From an uncultured Candidatus Saccharibacteria bacterium (GTDB lineage Bacteria > Patescibacteriota > Saccharimonadia > Saccharimonadales > UBA4665), in the NCBI GenBank assembly GCA_964478195.1, contig CAYZGW010000002.1:1109-65108 (forward strand): a DNA stretch of 64,000 bases, written 5' to 3'. This document shows, one piece after another, positions 25,613 to 33,733 of this stretch (positions are counted from its first letter, which is position 1; each line of letters begins with the position of its first letter). Under the pieces are notes generated by a model. It saw only the letters and a program-made list of their open reading frames with translations. It searched no databases and had not been told where the DNA came from. The translations under genes and the position numbers were made by a program.

Positions 25613-27127
25613 ATGGCAATAATTGCAGTGCTACTCGCTGTGGTTGGTTTAGGTGTGGGTTACGGCGGGAGTACGTATACCCAAAAACGCAAAAATGCTG
25701 CTGTAGAAGACAAGGCCGCAAAGGAGTTGTCAAGAGCTAAGAAAGAAGCAGATAAAATGCTACAAATGGCACGTGATGATGCCGCTCGCATAGCCGACGA
25801 TACACGAAAAGATGAGAAGGCTCGTCGCGGGGAGCTGAAAGACCTAGAAAACCGTTTGGTGCAGCGTGAATCAGCGCTCGATCGCAAACTAGATGAGCTT
25901 GACAAACGCACTGTGTCGCTCCGTAAAGGTGAGGACGAAGTAGAGCAGCTGAAGGGCGAGATTCGCGATATTCGCACTAAACAGCAAGAAAAACTTGAAA
26001 AGATTGCGAAGCTTAGCAAGGTTGAAGCTGCTGAAAAGCTAATGCAAATGACCGAGCGCGATATTCGTAACGACTTAACTGGCGTTATAGCAAAACTGCA
26101 GAACGAAGCCAGAGATAACGCCGAAGAGCAAGCCGGCCTGATTATCGCAACTGCCATGGAACGCATGGCCAGCGAAGTGACTGCCGAGCGAACCGTTACT
26201 AGCGTGAAGCTGGAAGACGAAGAAATGAAGGGCCGGATTATCGGTAAAGAAGGTCGCAATATTCAGGCGTTGCAACGTGCTACAGGTGTAGATATTATGG
26301 TCGACGACACGCCAGGCTACATTGTGCTGAGTAGCTTTGATCCGGTCCGCCGTGAGGTTGCCCGTATCGCATTGGAACTACTGCTTAAGGATGGCCGCGT
26401 GCATCCAGGCCGCATCGAAGAAGTGGTAGAGAAGGCACAAAAACAGGTAGAAAAAGATGTAGTACGTGCCGGCGAAGATGCTGCTCGCGAAGTGGGGGTG
26501 CTTGGTATACCAAAAGAGGTACTGCATTTGCTTGGTGAGCTAAAATACCGCACCAGCTACGGCCAAAATGTACTTAAGCACTCTACCGAGATGGCGCATA
26601 TCGCCGGCATGATTGCCGAGGAAATCGGTGCTAATGTAAAAACTGCCAAATATGCTGCGCTAGTTCATGACCTCGGCAAAGCACTGACGCACAAAATGGA
26701 AGGCAAGCACCATCACATTAGCGGCGAGATGCTACGTAAATATGGTGCGCCCGAAGCGGTGGCGCTGGCTGCCGAACAACACCATGACGACGTAGAAGCT
26801 ACCAGCACCGAAGCCCTGATTGTCCGCGTCTGTGATGCTATTAGTGCCTCGCGTCCTGGCGCCCGCAACATTAGTGCCGAAAACTTTGTGGAGCGAATGA
26901 AGGATCTCGAAAACATTGCCAACAGCTTCAAGGGCATTGATAAGTCATACGCTATTAGCGCTGGCCGCGAAGTTCGCGTGTTTGTGCGTCCGCAGCAAGT
27001 TGACGACCTGACGGCCATTCGTTTGGCGCGCGATATTGCCAATAAGATTGAGTCGAGTATGAACTACCCGGGAACAATCAAAGTAAACGTCATCCGTGAA
27101 ACCCGCGCTGTAGAGTTCGCCAAATAA
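25613..27127 (+). CDS. rny: Ribonuclease Y
   Basis: N-terminal TM, long K/E-rich coiled coil, KH domain (GRIIGKEGRNIQAL), HD domain (HSTEMAHIAG...VHDLGKA), C-terminal GREVRVFV. Confidence 0.95.
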   Translation: MAIIAVLLAVVGLGVGYGGSTYTQKRKNAAVEDKAAKELSRAKKEADKMLQMARDDAARIADDTRKDEKARRGELKDLENRLVQRESALDRKLDELDKRTVSLRKGEDEVEQLKGEIRDIRTKQQEKLEKIAKLSKVEAAEKLMQMTERDIRNDLTGVIAKLQNEARDNAEEQAGLIIATAMERMASEVTAERTVTSVKLEDEEMKGRIIGKEGRNIQALQRATGVDIMVDDTPGYIVLSSFDPVRREVARIALELLLKDGRVHPGRIEEVVEKAQKQVEKDVVRAGEDAAREVGVLGIPKEVLHLLGELKYRTSYGQNVLKHSTEMAHIAGMIAEEIGANVKTAKYAALVHDLGKALTHKMEGKHHHISGEMLRKYGAPEAVALAAEQHHDDVEATSTEALIVRVCDAISASRPGARNISAENFVERMKDLENIANSFKGIDKSYAISAGREVRVFVRPQQVDDLTAIRLARDIANKIESSMNYPGTIKVNVIRETRAVEFAK

Positions 27128-27732
27128 TGGATTTGCCTCAGGAAATCGAAGTCAAGTTTTTGCGGACTGACCACGACGAAGTTCGGGACAAGCTTAAGGC
27201 TGTCAGCGCTACACTCGTCCATCCTATGCGCATGATGCGCCGAAACTTGTTTGATCATCCGGATAGCCGTTACCAGAAGGCGTTTCAGCACGAAAAACTG
27301 CGCTTGCGCGATGAAGGCGATAAAGTTACCTGTAACTATAAAAAGAAAGCAGCTGACTCTCCTTATGTGCACGAGCTAGAGACTGCCGTCGGTTCCTACG
27401 AGGACATGAAGCAAATTTTGTTTGCCATTGGTTTTAAAACCTATAGCTATCAAGAGTCTAAGCGCGAAACCTGGCAGCTGGATGATGTAGAAGTGGTGCT
27501 GGATGAGTGGCCATGGCTAGATGCATATATAGAAATCGAAGGCCCTAGTGAAGCTGCTATTCAAGCGGCCGCCCACAAGCTTGGCTTTGATTGGACAGAT
27601 GCTTATTTTGGCAGTGTCGACACGGCTTACCGTGCACAATATCCTAAGATGACTGCCGAAGACAGTATTGCGAATGTGTCAGAAGTTCGCTTTGGCGACC
27701 CTTTACCGGAGTACCTAAAGAATTTACAGTAA
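27127..27732 (+). CDS. CYTH (triphosphate tunnel metalloenzyme / class IV adenylate cyclase-like) domain protein
   Basis: N-terminal EIEVKFL motif (ExExK), alternating charged beta strands; 201 aa. Its ATG shares one base with the rny stop (TAATG). Confidence 0.7.
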   Translation: MDLPQEIEVKFLRTDHDEVRDKLKAVSATLVHPMRMMRRNLFDHPDSRYQKAFQHEKLRLRDEGDKVTCNYKKKAADSPYVHELETAVGSYEDMKQILFAIGFKTYSYQESKRETWQLDDVEVVLDEWPWLDAYIEIEGPSEAAIQAAAHKLGFDWTDAYFGSVDTAYRAQYPKMTAEDSIANVSEVRFGDPLPEYLKNLQ

Positions 27733-27737
27733 GCTAT

Positions 27738-28535
27738 ATGAATATTCTCTACATTGGCGATGTGATGGGTGAAATGGGTCTGAAGGCTGTCGAGAACGTA
27801 TTACCAGATCTAAAACACGAACATGGCGTAGATTTTGTTGTAGCCCAGGCCGAAAATCTGAGTCTAGGTAAGGGGGTTTTGCCCGAAGATTTTACTCGTT
27901 TGCAGGCGGCAGGTGTAGATTTCTGTACTGGTGGCAACTGGACGCTGGCTCGCGATGAAATCTATCCTGCGCTTGATGATCCGGATGAGCCAATTATTCG
28001 CCCGGCAAACTATCCGGAAGGTACGCCAGGCCTGCGCTATAAATATGCCGAGACTTCCAAAGGGCAAGTACTATTGATAAGCCTGATGGGGCAGATTGTT
28101 GGCCGTGATGCCGAAAAAGAGGTGGATAATCCACTGCAAGTTATCGACAAGGTTCTGGCCGACGAAGCGCCCGATAAACGGATAGCAACAATCGTAAACT
28201 TCCATGGCGATTTTAGCAGCGAGAAGTTTATCATTGGTTATTATCTGGACGGTCGGGCAAGCATGGTGGTAGGCGATCACTGGCACATACCTACTGCGGA
28301 CGCTGATGTGCTGCCCAAAGGCACGGCCCATATGACGGACGTTGGGATGTGTGGCTCGCTTGATTCATCTTTGGGTGTGCAATTTTCCTCTGTGATTCCA
28401 CGTTGGCGCGACGGCTATCAAACTCGTAACGAGCTGGAAATCGCTGGTCGCATGCAGTTCAATGCACTACTAGTGGACGTTGATGAAACCACTGGCCGCG
28501 CCCGCTCGGCTCAACATATCCGTAAGGTCTGGTAA
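27738..28535 (+). CDS. ymdB: YmdB-like metallophosphoesterase (TIGR00282 family, 2',3'-cyclic-nucleotide phosphodiesterase)
   Basis: MNILYIGDVMGEMG, AQAENLSLGKG, GGNWT, NFHGD and GDHWHIPT are the calcineurin-like metal motifs of YmdB. Confidence 0.85.
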   Translation: MNILYIGDVMGEMGLKAVENVLPDLKHEHGVDFVVAQAENLSLGKGVLPEDFTRLQAAGVDFCTGGNWTLARDEIYPALDDPDEPIIRPANYPEGTPGLRYKYAETSKGQVLLISLMGQIVGRDAEKEVDNPLQVIDKVLADEAPDKRIATIVNFHGDFSSEKFIIGYYLDGRASMVVGDHWHIPTADADVLPKGTAHMTDVGMCGSLDSSLGVQFSSVIPRWRDGYQTRNELEIAGRMQFNALLVDVDETTGRARSAQHIRKVW

Positions 28536-28558
28536 TTCTCATAATTTTACCGTATAAT
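28530..28558 (+). promoter_or_regulatory. Sigma-70-like promoter for the element upstream of tRNA-Pro
   Basis: TGGTAA (28530-28535) - 17 nt - TATAAT (28553-28558). The ymdB TAA stop lies inside the -35. Confidence 0.45.
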
Positions 28559-28564
28559 CACCAC

Positions 28565-28743
28565 TGTTAATTCCCAGGGGTTTGCGGCTACGTATCCCTG
28601 GAAAAGAGCAGCCCGACAAAATGTGAGCCATTTTGTCGGTGCGATAGTTCAAACAAAAGTGAGAACTATAAACTAAGCCGAAAGAAATACCTTTCGTGCA
28701 AGGCTATATGAGAAAAACCGTAGGTTTGTCTCATATCCCTTTT
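28565..28743 (+). ncRNA. Candidate structured ncRNA / tRNA leader element, copy A (unknown family)
   Basis: It has no ORF and forms five hairpins, including an 11-bp perfect stem. It is homologous to a second copy at 34305-34472 (minus strand) that is likewise directly 5' of a tRNA. Confidence 0.45.
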
Positions 28744-28820
28744 CGGGGAGTGGCGCAGTTTGGTAGCGCGCGCGGTTTGGGACCGTGAGGTCGCAGGTTC
28801 AAATCCTGTCTCCCCGACCA
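28744..28820 (+). tRNA. tRNA-Pro (anticodon UGG), CCA encoded
   Basis: Manual cloverleaf: CGGGGAG/CTCCCCG acceptor, GCGC D stem, CGCGG-TTTGGGA-CCGTG anticodon arm, GCAGG-TTCAAAT-CCTGT T arm, A-CCA. Confidence 0.95.
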
Positions 28821-28834
28821 AATAGATCTGTTCG

Positions 28835-28873
28835 CACTGACCGAGAGCTTTGGTTCTCGGTCAGTGTCTTTTT
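28835..28873 (+). terminator. Rho-independent terminator after tRNA-Pro
   Basis: CACTGACCGAGA gctttggt TCTCGGTCAGTG followed by TCTTTTT. Confidence 0.7.
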
Positions 28874-28905
28874 AATCAGTTTCTGTGACACTTAGGTCGA
28901 TGTCC

Positions 28906-28950
28906 AAACCCCTAACAGGAACGTACCCAGGACGTTCCTGTTAGGGGTTT
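28906..28950. terminator. Perfect 19-bp inverted repeat, likely bidirectional terminator between convergent units
   Basis: AAACCCCTAACAGGAACGT acccagg ACGTTCCTGTTAGGGGTTT, with T-runs on both strands. Confidence 0.6.
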
Positions 28951-29090
28951 TCGCATGTAGGGCTGTTGCAACGAGCCATGGGCGGTATTTGTCTGCACAA
29001 CTATTCACAAGTGTAGTAAAAGTATAGTTTCCACATATTTCTTAGAATCATAGTAACCCACAGGTCTGGGTCTACAGAGTAATAGGGCTA

Positions 29091-29459
29091 CTAACTGCCT
29101 GAGGAGCTGTAAATAAGCTCAAAGAGCCCTCTAGCAATATTCTCCTCCCTGAGGTCTAAAAAGGCTTCTGCGGTATATAGGTTTGTGGGGTAAGCCACCA
29201 AGTCGCTACCGCTTGCACCGGTACGGAATGCCAATCGTTGTTCTGGCAATAGGACGTTGCTCTTTTCCAGAAGCCGTACAAGACTAGACAGGCTTTCCTT
29301 GCGCTTAAGCATGAGACCCGGGTATAAGATTTCGGCTCCGTTATCTATTAGTGCACCGTAAGTAGGCGCCGCTTCCGGTGTTGGACTGATGTTTTCTTGC
29401 CCACAAGCAATTTCAGGAATGGTTTCCAATATTCCTGCTGTCATAGAAACTCCTAACAA
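29091..29459 (-). CDS. Hypothetical protein
   Basis: 122-aa ORF (the start may be the internal MTAGILE). I recognise no motif. Confidence 0.45.
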   Translation of the reverse strand: MLGVSMTAGILETIPEIACGQENISPTPEAAPTYGALIDNGAEILYPGLMLKRKESLSSLVRLLEKSNVLLPEQRLAFRTGASGSDLVAYPTNLYTAEAFLDLREENIARGLFELIYSSSGS

Positions 29460-29554
29460 TTTGGGTATTTATACTGAAGTATTTTTTGGCAAAAGTAGAC
29501 TGCCTTTGTCGGCGGCTATAGTACACCTCTTACAGAGATGAAGTCAAGAAAATA

Positions 29555-30136
29555 GTGATCTTAGTCACAATAATGAGCGACAATCTGGAGGGGGTTGCTT
29601 ATTCATGGTTAGGTAGTGAGATCGGATGTGATAGTATAGGTGACATGCATGAGGTGGTCATTATTTTCGCGAAGTATGCAGTGGTTGCGCCGGTGCTAGC
29701 GCTAGCGTATATGTTTTTTAGACTTAGCCAACGACGTAAACTGGAAATGGCGGCCCTTTTGGCAGCAAGTGTAATGCTAGCTCTTTTACTTGCTAAGGTC
29801 GCTGCAGCACTGCATCAAGACCCGCGCCCTTTTGTACGTGATGGCGTGACGCCGTATTTTGCTCATGGGCGCGACAATGGCTTTCCGTCGGATCACACCA
29901 CCTACAGCGCGTTAGTTGCGTTTGTGTTGTTGCGCTACAGCAAATGGCTGGGTGCCACGCTGTTAGCCCTTTCACTGATGATTGGTACTGCCAGGGTAAT
30001 TGCAGGAGTGCATCATGGACAGGATATAATTGGTGGTTTTGTGATAGCGGCCGTGGGCGCTAGTCTAGGCTTTGCGGTGCTGTTGGGCGGCAAGGCTTTG
30101 TACGCTAAGCAAAAAAGTACCACACAGTCTGTCTAG
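29555..30136 (+). CDS. PAP2 family membrane phosphatase (undecaprenyl-diphosphatase-like)
   Basis: PAP2 motifs HQDPRPF (KxxxxxxRP-like), PSDHT (PSGH), ARVIAGVHHGQD (SRxxxxxHxxxD). Multiple TM helices. The start is probably an internal Met (MHEVVIIF...). Confidence 0.75.
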   Translation: MILVTIMSDNLEGVAYSWLGSEIGCDSIGDMHEVVIIFAKYAVVAPVLALAYMFFRLSQRRKLEMAALLAASVMLALLLAKVAAALHQDPRPFVRDGVTPYFAHGRDNGFPSDHTTYSALVAFVLLRYSKWLGATLLALSLMIGTARVIAGVHHGQDIIGGFVIAAVGASLGFAVLLGGKALYAKQKSTTQSV

Positions 30137-30195
30137 AGGTGTCCTTTATAACAGGGGACAAAACTGGTAAAATAGCCTCTAGTATTTCCGGTTAG

Positions 30196-30272
30196 CGGGG
30201 TGTAGCGCAGTTTGGTAGCGCGCAGCGTTCGGGACGCTGAGGTCGCCGGTTCAAATCCAGTCACCCCGACCA
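30196..30272 (+). tRNA. tRNA-Pro (anticodon CGG), CCA encoded
   Basis: CGGGGTG/CACCCCG acceptor, CAGCG-TTCGGGA-CGCTG anticodon arm, and a T arm GCCGG-TTCAAAT-CCAGT with one C/A mismatch. Confidence 0.9.
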
Positions 30273-30328
30273 TTCATTGCTTTTATCGGACCTTCCAGGG
30301 GCCTCTACTGAATCGTAAGGAGAAAAAT

Positions 30329-30931
30329 ATGGGCGACACAAACAGCACTACAGTACAATCATATGAAGATCATATTCAGGAATATATCGATGGTACGCCG
30401 CAAGAAGTTGAGGGCTTAGTAAAAGAGTGGCTTGATAGAGCTCTTGAGAATCTGCCGCAGGATGCCCGTATATTAGAATTTGGTAGTGCGTTTGGTCGAG
30501 ATGCGGCCTACGTTCAATCTTTAGGCTATACGGTCCAATGCACGGATGTGACAGAGGGTTTTGTCGCCCTCCTACGGCAAAAGGGCTTTAACGCGCGCAA
30601 GCTCAATGCTATTACTGAAGCAATTGAAGGCTCATACGATTTAGTTTTAGCGAATGCAGTGCTTCTGCACTTTACCCGCGAAGAAACGACCGCGGTACTG
30701 AAAAAGGTGCTTGGTTCCTTGAATGTAGGTGGTAGGTTTGCCTTTACGCTTAAGCAGGGCGAGGGTGAAAAATGGACAGAGGATAAGCTTAATGCGCCCC
30801 GTTACTTCTGTTTTTGGACTAAAGATCAAATTGCTGGGGCGCTAGCAGAAGCAGGCTATACTAATGTGCAAGTGGAAGGTGATAAAGAGCTAAAGAACGC
30901 CACCTGGCTACACATTATTGCGGGTAAATAG
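30329..30931 (+). CDS. Class I SAM-dependent methyltransferase
   Basis: Start moved to the ATG at 30329 (AAGGAG at 30317-30322), because the track ORF start lies inside tRNA-Pro. Motif I ILEFGSAFGRDA, motif II-like DLVLANAVLLHF. Confidence 0.8.
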   Translation: MGDTNSTTVQSYEDHIQEYIDGTPQEVEGLVKEWLDRALENLPQDARILEFGSAFGRDAAYVQSLGYTVQCTDVTEGFVALLRQKGFNARKLNAITEAIEGSYDLVLANAVLLHFTREETTAVLKKVLGSLNVGGRFAFTLKQGEGEKWTEDKLNAPRYFCFWTKDQIAGALAEAGYTNVQVEGDKELKNATWLHIIAGK

Positions 30932-32273
30932 GCCCAGCCGCTAGCGGTACCATATCACGCTCGACACCTTCTTGGGAGATACCATATCGCTCGGTTTGAC
31001 CCTTGCGTGGACCGCCGCGTATGGTGCGCTCCATAAGATAACCACCTTGCAAAATGGCTTGTAGCTCGCCCCAAGGCGCCATAAAGATGACATCTTCTGT
31101 AAGTTTTATCAGCCTACGCGGATCGTATCTGGGCCTAAACAGGCCGGGCGTATCTGGATCGGGTTCATATACGTCATTAAAGTCTGAAGGGCCTTTGTAT
31201 TCTTCGCCACTTACGCTACTGCAGACCCAGTCACCTGCATAGGCGGTATCGGTTGTAGCGCCAGATTTAACGGGCACAACTTCGCTTTGCCCGTCCGGGA
31301 TTTGCCTGGCGCGGATTGGGGTGGTCTTGACGTAGTAGGGTGCATCAGCGAAAAGCCGGTCGAATTCCGGATTGTTGAGATCAATACGGCGACAGTTGGC
31401 AATTTTTACTTCTTCAGGCGAAGTCCATAATACAACCAACTCGTGCGTATCCTCCGGGCGCTGGATGTGCTCGAGAAACGAGTCATCAAGTGTGCCATCA
31501 TTTCTCCAATGGGCGCCATATATACGTTGGCGTTGTTTAAGTATATCGGCAAACTTTTGGCGCTTGGCATCATCGGCAGCGGCGACGGCAGCTGCGAGCT
31601 TATCGCCTATTTCGCGGTCAAGCGCGCCATTGATAACTGCCCGGATAGCAGTGACATTCACACGGCCGCCTGGCGGAACACGGTTGCAATAATCAACCAT
31701 CTGACTGGCGGCAATCATGCCGGCAGCACCGACATAAAGCTGGCGGTAGTTCGGATAGGCAACGAGTAGATCTGACTGGGTGAAACGATTGTGGTCGCCA
31801 GGATAAACACCTCTTGGGAAGACAAACGTGTCAAAGGGGCGGCCAGTGGCACTCGTTAGATTTGAGCCTGGCACAGGAGGGTAGTACCAGTCAGCGGCCT
31901 GGGCGGCCATAAATGTCATATCGCCAGTTTCAACGCGGTCGCTAAACCTATCAAGCAGCCCGCCTGCAATGTGTCCAATATCTGGCTGTTCTGGATCATC
32001 GGGATCGCCATCATACATAACAACTACGGGGATTCCTTGCTCGTAGAGATGATCTAGGCGTGGAGTTAGCAAGTCAAGCACGTGATTCGCTGCGGCCGGG
32101 TGGATACCTCCGTTCTTACCCGCTCCACGTATGGTAAGCATCTCGCTGCCGCGACGCATGTGTAGTCTTGAGGCTATATCCCAAGCGGTTGCCATATCTG
32201 TGGCGGCGTGACCGAGTGTGGCTATATCAAGATCCCTGGGCGGTATAGACCCGCTAGTTTCGGCGTTTGTCAT
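30915..32273 (-). CDS. Hypothetical 452-aa protein; N-terminal Rossmann/SLOG-like region and C-terminal PGDYG-like region (tentative)
   Basis: Solid ORF. RFTQSDLLVAYPNYRQLYVGAAGMIAASQMVDY is reminiscent of the LOG/SLOG PGGxGTxxE region. C-terminal AYAGDWVC...YKGPSDFNDVYEP resembles the PGDYG-type small barrel. I could not run a database search. Confidence 0.6.
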   Translation of the reverse strand: MTNAETSGSIPPRDLDIATLGHAATDMATAWDIASRLHMRRGSEMLTIRGAGKNGGIHPAAANHVLDLLTPRLDHLYEQGIPVVVMYDGDPDDPEQPDIGHIAGGLLDRFSDRVETGDMTFMAAQAADWYYPPVPGSNLTSATGRPFDTFVFPRGVYPGDHNRFTQSDLLVAYPNYRQLYVGAAGMIAASQMVDYCNRVPPGGRVNVTAIRAVINGALDREIGDKLAAAVAAADDAKRQKFADILKQRQRIYGAHWRNDGTLDDSFLEHIQRPEDTHELVVLWTSPEEVKIANCRRIDLNNPEFDRLFADAPYYVKTTPIRARQIPDGQSEVVPVKSGATTDTAYAGDWVCSSVSGEEYKGPSDFNDVYEPDPDTPGLFRPRYDPRRLIKLTEDVIFMAPWGELQAILQGGYLMERTIRGGPRKGQTERYGISQEGVERDMVPLAAGPIYPQ

Positions 32274-32455
32274 TGGTTCTCACTACTAAACTTGATGTAT
32301 ATTTTATATCATATAGTTCTGGGTTTTACGATTTCCTTTTGCTATGGATTTACTACTAGTAGTACATAGCAAGTTTAGCCTTGTATGTAGTATGCGCAGC
32401 TTGGTTTGCTAAAATAGCAACTCTACGGGGCGGCCAAGGCGTACAATAAGTATGA

Positions 32456-33085
32456 ATGTATGCCCTACTAAGTGTTCTTGCAGTATTTTTGGTACTATCC
32501 ATAAGCGAATTTGGTTGGCGTAAACATTGGTTTGCTGGTGATTCTGAAATTGGCCGCAAGTTTGTACATATAACTGTTGGGTCGTTTGTAGCCTTTTGGC
32601 CATTTTTTCTAACATGGAACGAGATACGTTTGCTTAGTACGGCCTTTTTGGTCGTGGTGGTAGTGTCAGAGCGGTTTAAGGTTTTTCGGGCTATACATAG
32701 CGTGCAGCGTCCAACGTTTGGCGAAGCGTGCTTTGCACTGGTAGTGGGCGTATTAACCTTTATCACCCACAGTAAGGCTATTTATGCGGCTTCGCTTTTA
32801 CAGATGAGTCTTGCTGATGGATTAGCGGCCATAGTTGGAGTCCGCTATGGTCGTAACAATACGTACTATCTGTGGGGGCATGCTAAGAGCGTGGCGGGGA
32901 CGCTTACGTTTATAATTACTTCCTTAGCGCTGCTGGCTGGCTATAGTTTATGTGTAAGCCACCTCTCCATCCTCGTCATTAGCTTAGCCGCCCTACTCGC
33001 GGCACTGACAGAGAATATTGCGGTGCTTGGACTAGATAACCTTACTGTGCCGCTTTGTATTAGTCTGCTCCTGACCCATCTGTAA
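32456..33085 (+). CDS. Polyprenol/diacylglycerol kinase-like membrane protein (CTP-dependent dolichol/phytol kinase family, tentative)
   Basis: Multi-TM protein with RKFVHITVG, LADGLAAIVGVRYGR, KSVAGTLTF and ENIAVLGLDNLTVPL, the pattern of the CTP-transferase_1/dolichol kinase superfamily. Confidence 0.55.
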   Translation: MYALLSVLAVFLVLSISEFGWRKHWFAGDSEIGRKFVHITVGSFVAFWPFFLTWNEIRLLSTAFLVVVVVSERFKVFRAIHSVQRPTFGEACFALVVGVLTFITHSKAIYAASLLQMSLADGLAAIVGVRYGRNNTYYLWGHAKSVAGTLTFIITSLALLAGYSLCVSHLSILVISLAALLAALTENIAVLGLDNLTVPLCISLLLTHL

Positions 33086-33713
33086 CCTGCTTGGCCTGGA
33101 AATGCTGCCGTAACATTGAAGTGTATTTTTGGGCTACTATAATGATCAAGCTACTACCATAAAGCCACCAGATATCCCGAAACCAGCCGCTCTGCAGTTG
33201 TATTCCTAATCGTAGACTATGATAAAAAATAGCTATCATTGCCGCATCCGCTGCCATAGGAATGTATTTCCACCAGGTTGCAGTGCTAAACCATCGACGC
33301 AGTTCAAAGGCTAAAAAGGCAAGTAAGCTTGCAGTGCCTAGGAGTGTAACCCAGCCAAGCCCTGGCCCTACGAAATGTTCGTAGCTGCTTGGTGGTAGGC
33401 CGCGTCCATCGCGGAAAAGTTGGTATACAAGCAGTCCTGGATGTAGGACAATCGCCGCTAATACAATATAGCCGGTATAGCGGAAGTAAACAGCTAGATC
33501 TGCATCTTGCAGCCGCACTACGTGTTTCGTTGGCCCGACCACATACTGCGACCACATGATACTGTAGGCTAACAAGCCTAGTAACGGGAAAAATGCGTAG
33601 ATAGTAAGCGCCCGAAAACTCCAACCTAGACTTTGCGCCCAAGCGCATATGGCGAGCATACTTACGGTAGTGGTAAGCAACCAGGGAACGCTGATGCGCC
33701 ATGATTTATACAT
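33060..33713 (-). CDS. Integral membrane protein, unknown function
   Basis: 217 aa with about 6 predicted TM helices and conserved-looking His residues in the TMs (LHPGLL, FYHSL). Convergent 26-nt overlap with the previous gene. Confidence 0.5.
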   Translation of the reverse strand: MYKSWRISVPWLLTTTVSMLAICAWAQSLGWSFRALTIYAFFPLLGLLAYSIMWSQYVVGPTKHVVRLQDADLAVYFRYTGYIVLAAIVLHPGLLVYQLFRDGRGLPPSSYEHFVGPGLGWVTLLGTASLLAFLAFELRRWFSTATWWKYIPMAADAAMIAIFYHSLRLGIQLQSGWFRDIWWLYGSSLIIIVAQKYTSMLRQHFQAKQVTDGSGAD

Positions 33714-33733
33714 ACTGTTTTATACTATAGCGT

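Noticed and set aside
25660-26259. 199-aa Ser/Arg-rich minus-strand ORF
   Set aside because: It is antisense to the K/E-rich coiled-coil region of RNase Y, a classic shadow ORF produced by biased codon composition.
28565-28743. Possibility that the tRNA-linked element is SRP (4.5S) RNA, 6S RNA, tmRNA or RNase P RNA
   Set aside because: CUGGAAAAGAGCAGCC superficially resembles the SRP domain IV CCGGAAGGAAGCAGCC. However, the flanks do not form helix 8, GGAA is part of stem P1, and there are two copies. There is no tRNA-like 3' end or tag ORF (tmRNA). There are no GAGGAAAGUCC or ACAGAA cores, and it is far too short for RNase P. The ends do not pair into a 6S-like rod.
30212-30328. N-terminal extension of the methyltransferase ORF (track start 30212)
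   Set aside because: The first 39 codons lie inside tRNA-Pro(CGG) and its trailer. A proper ATG with an AAGGAG SD exists at 30329.
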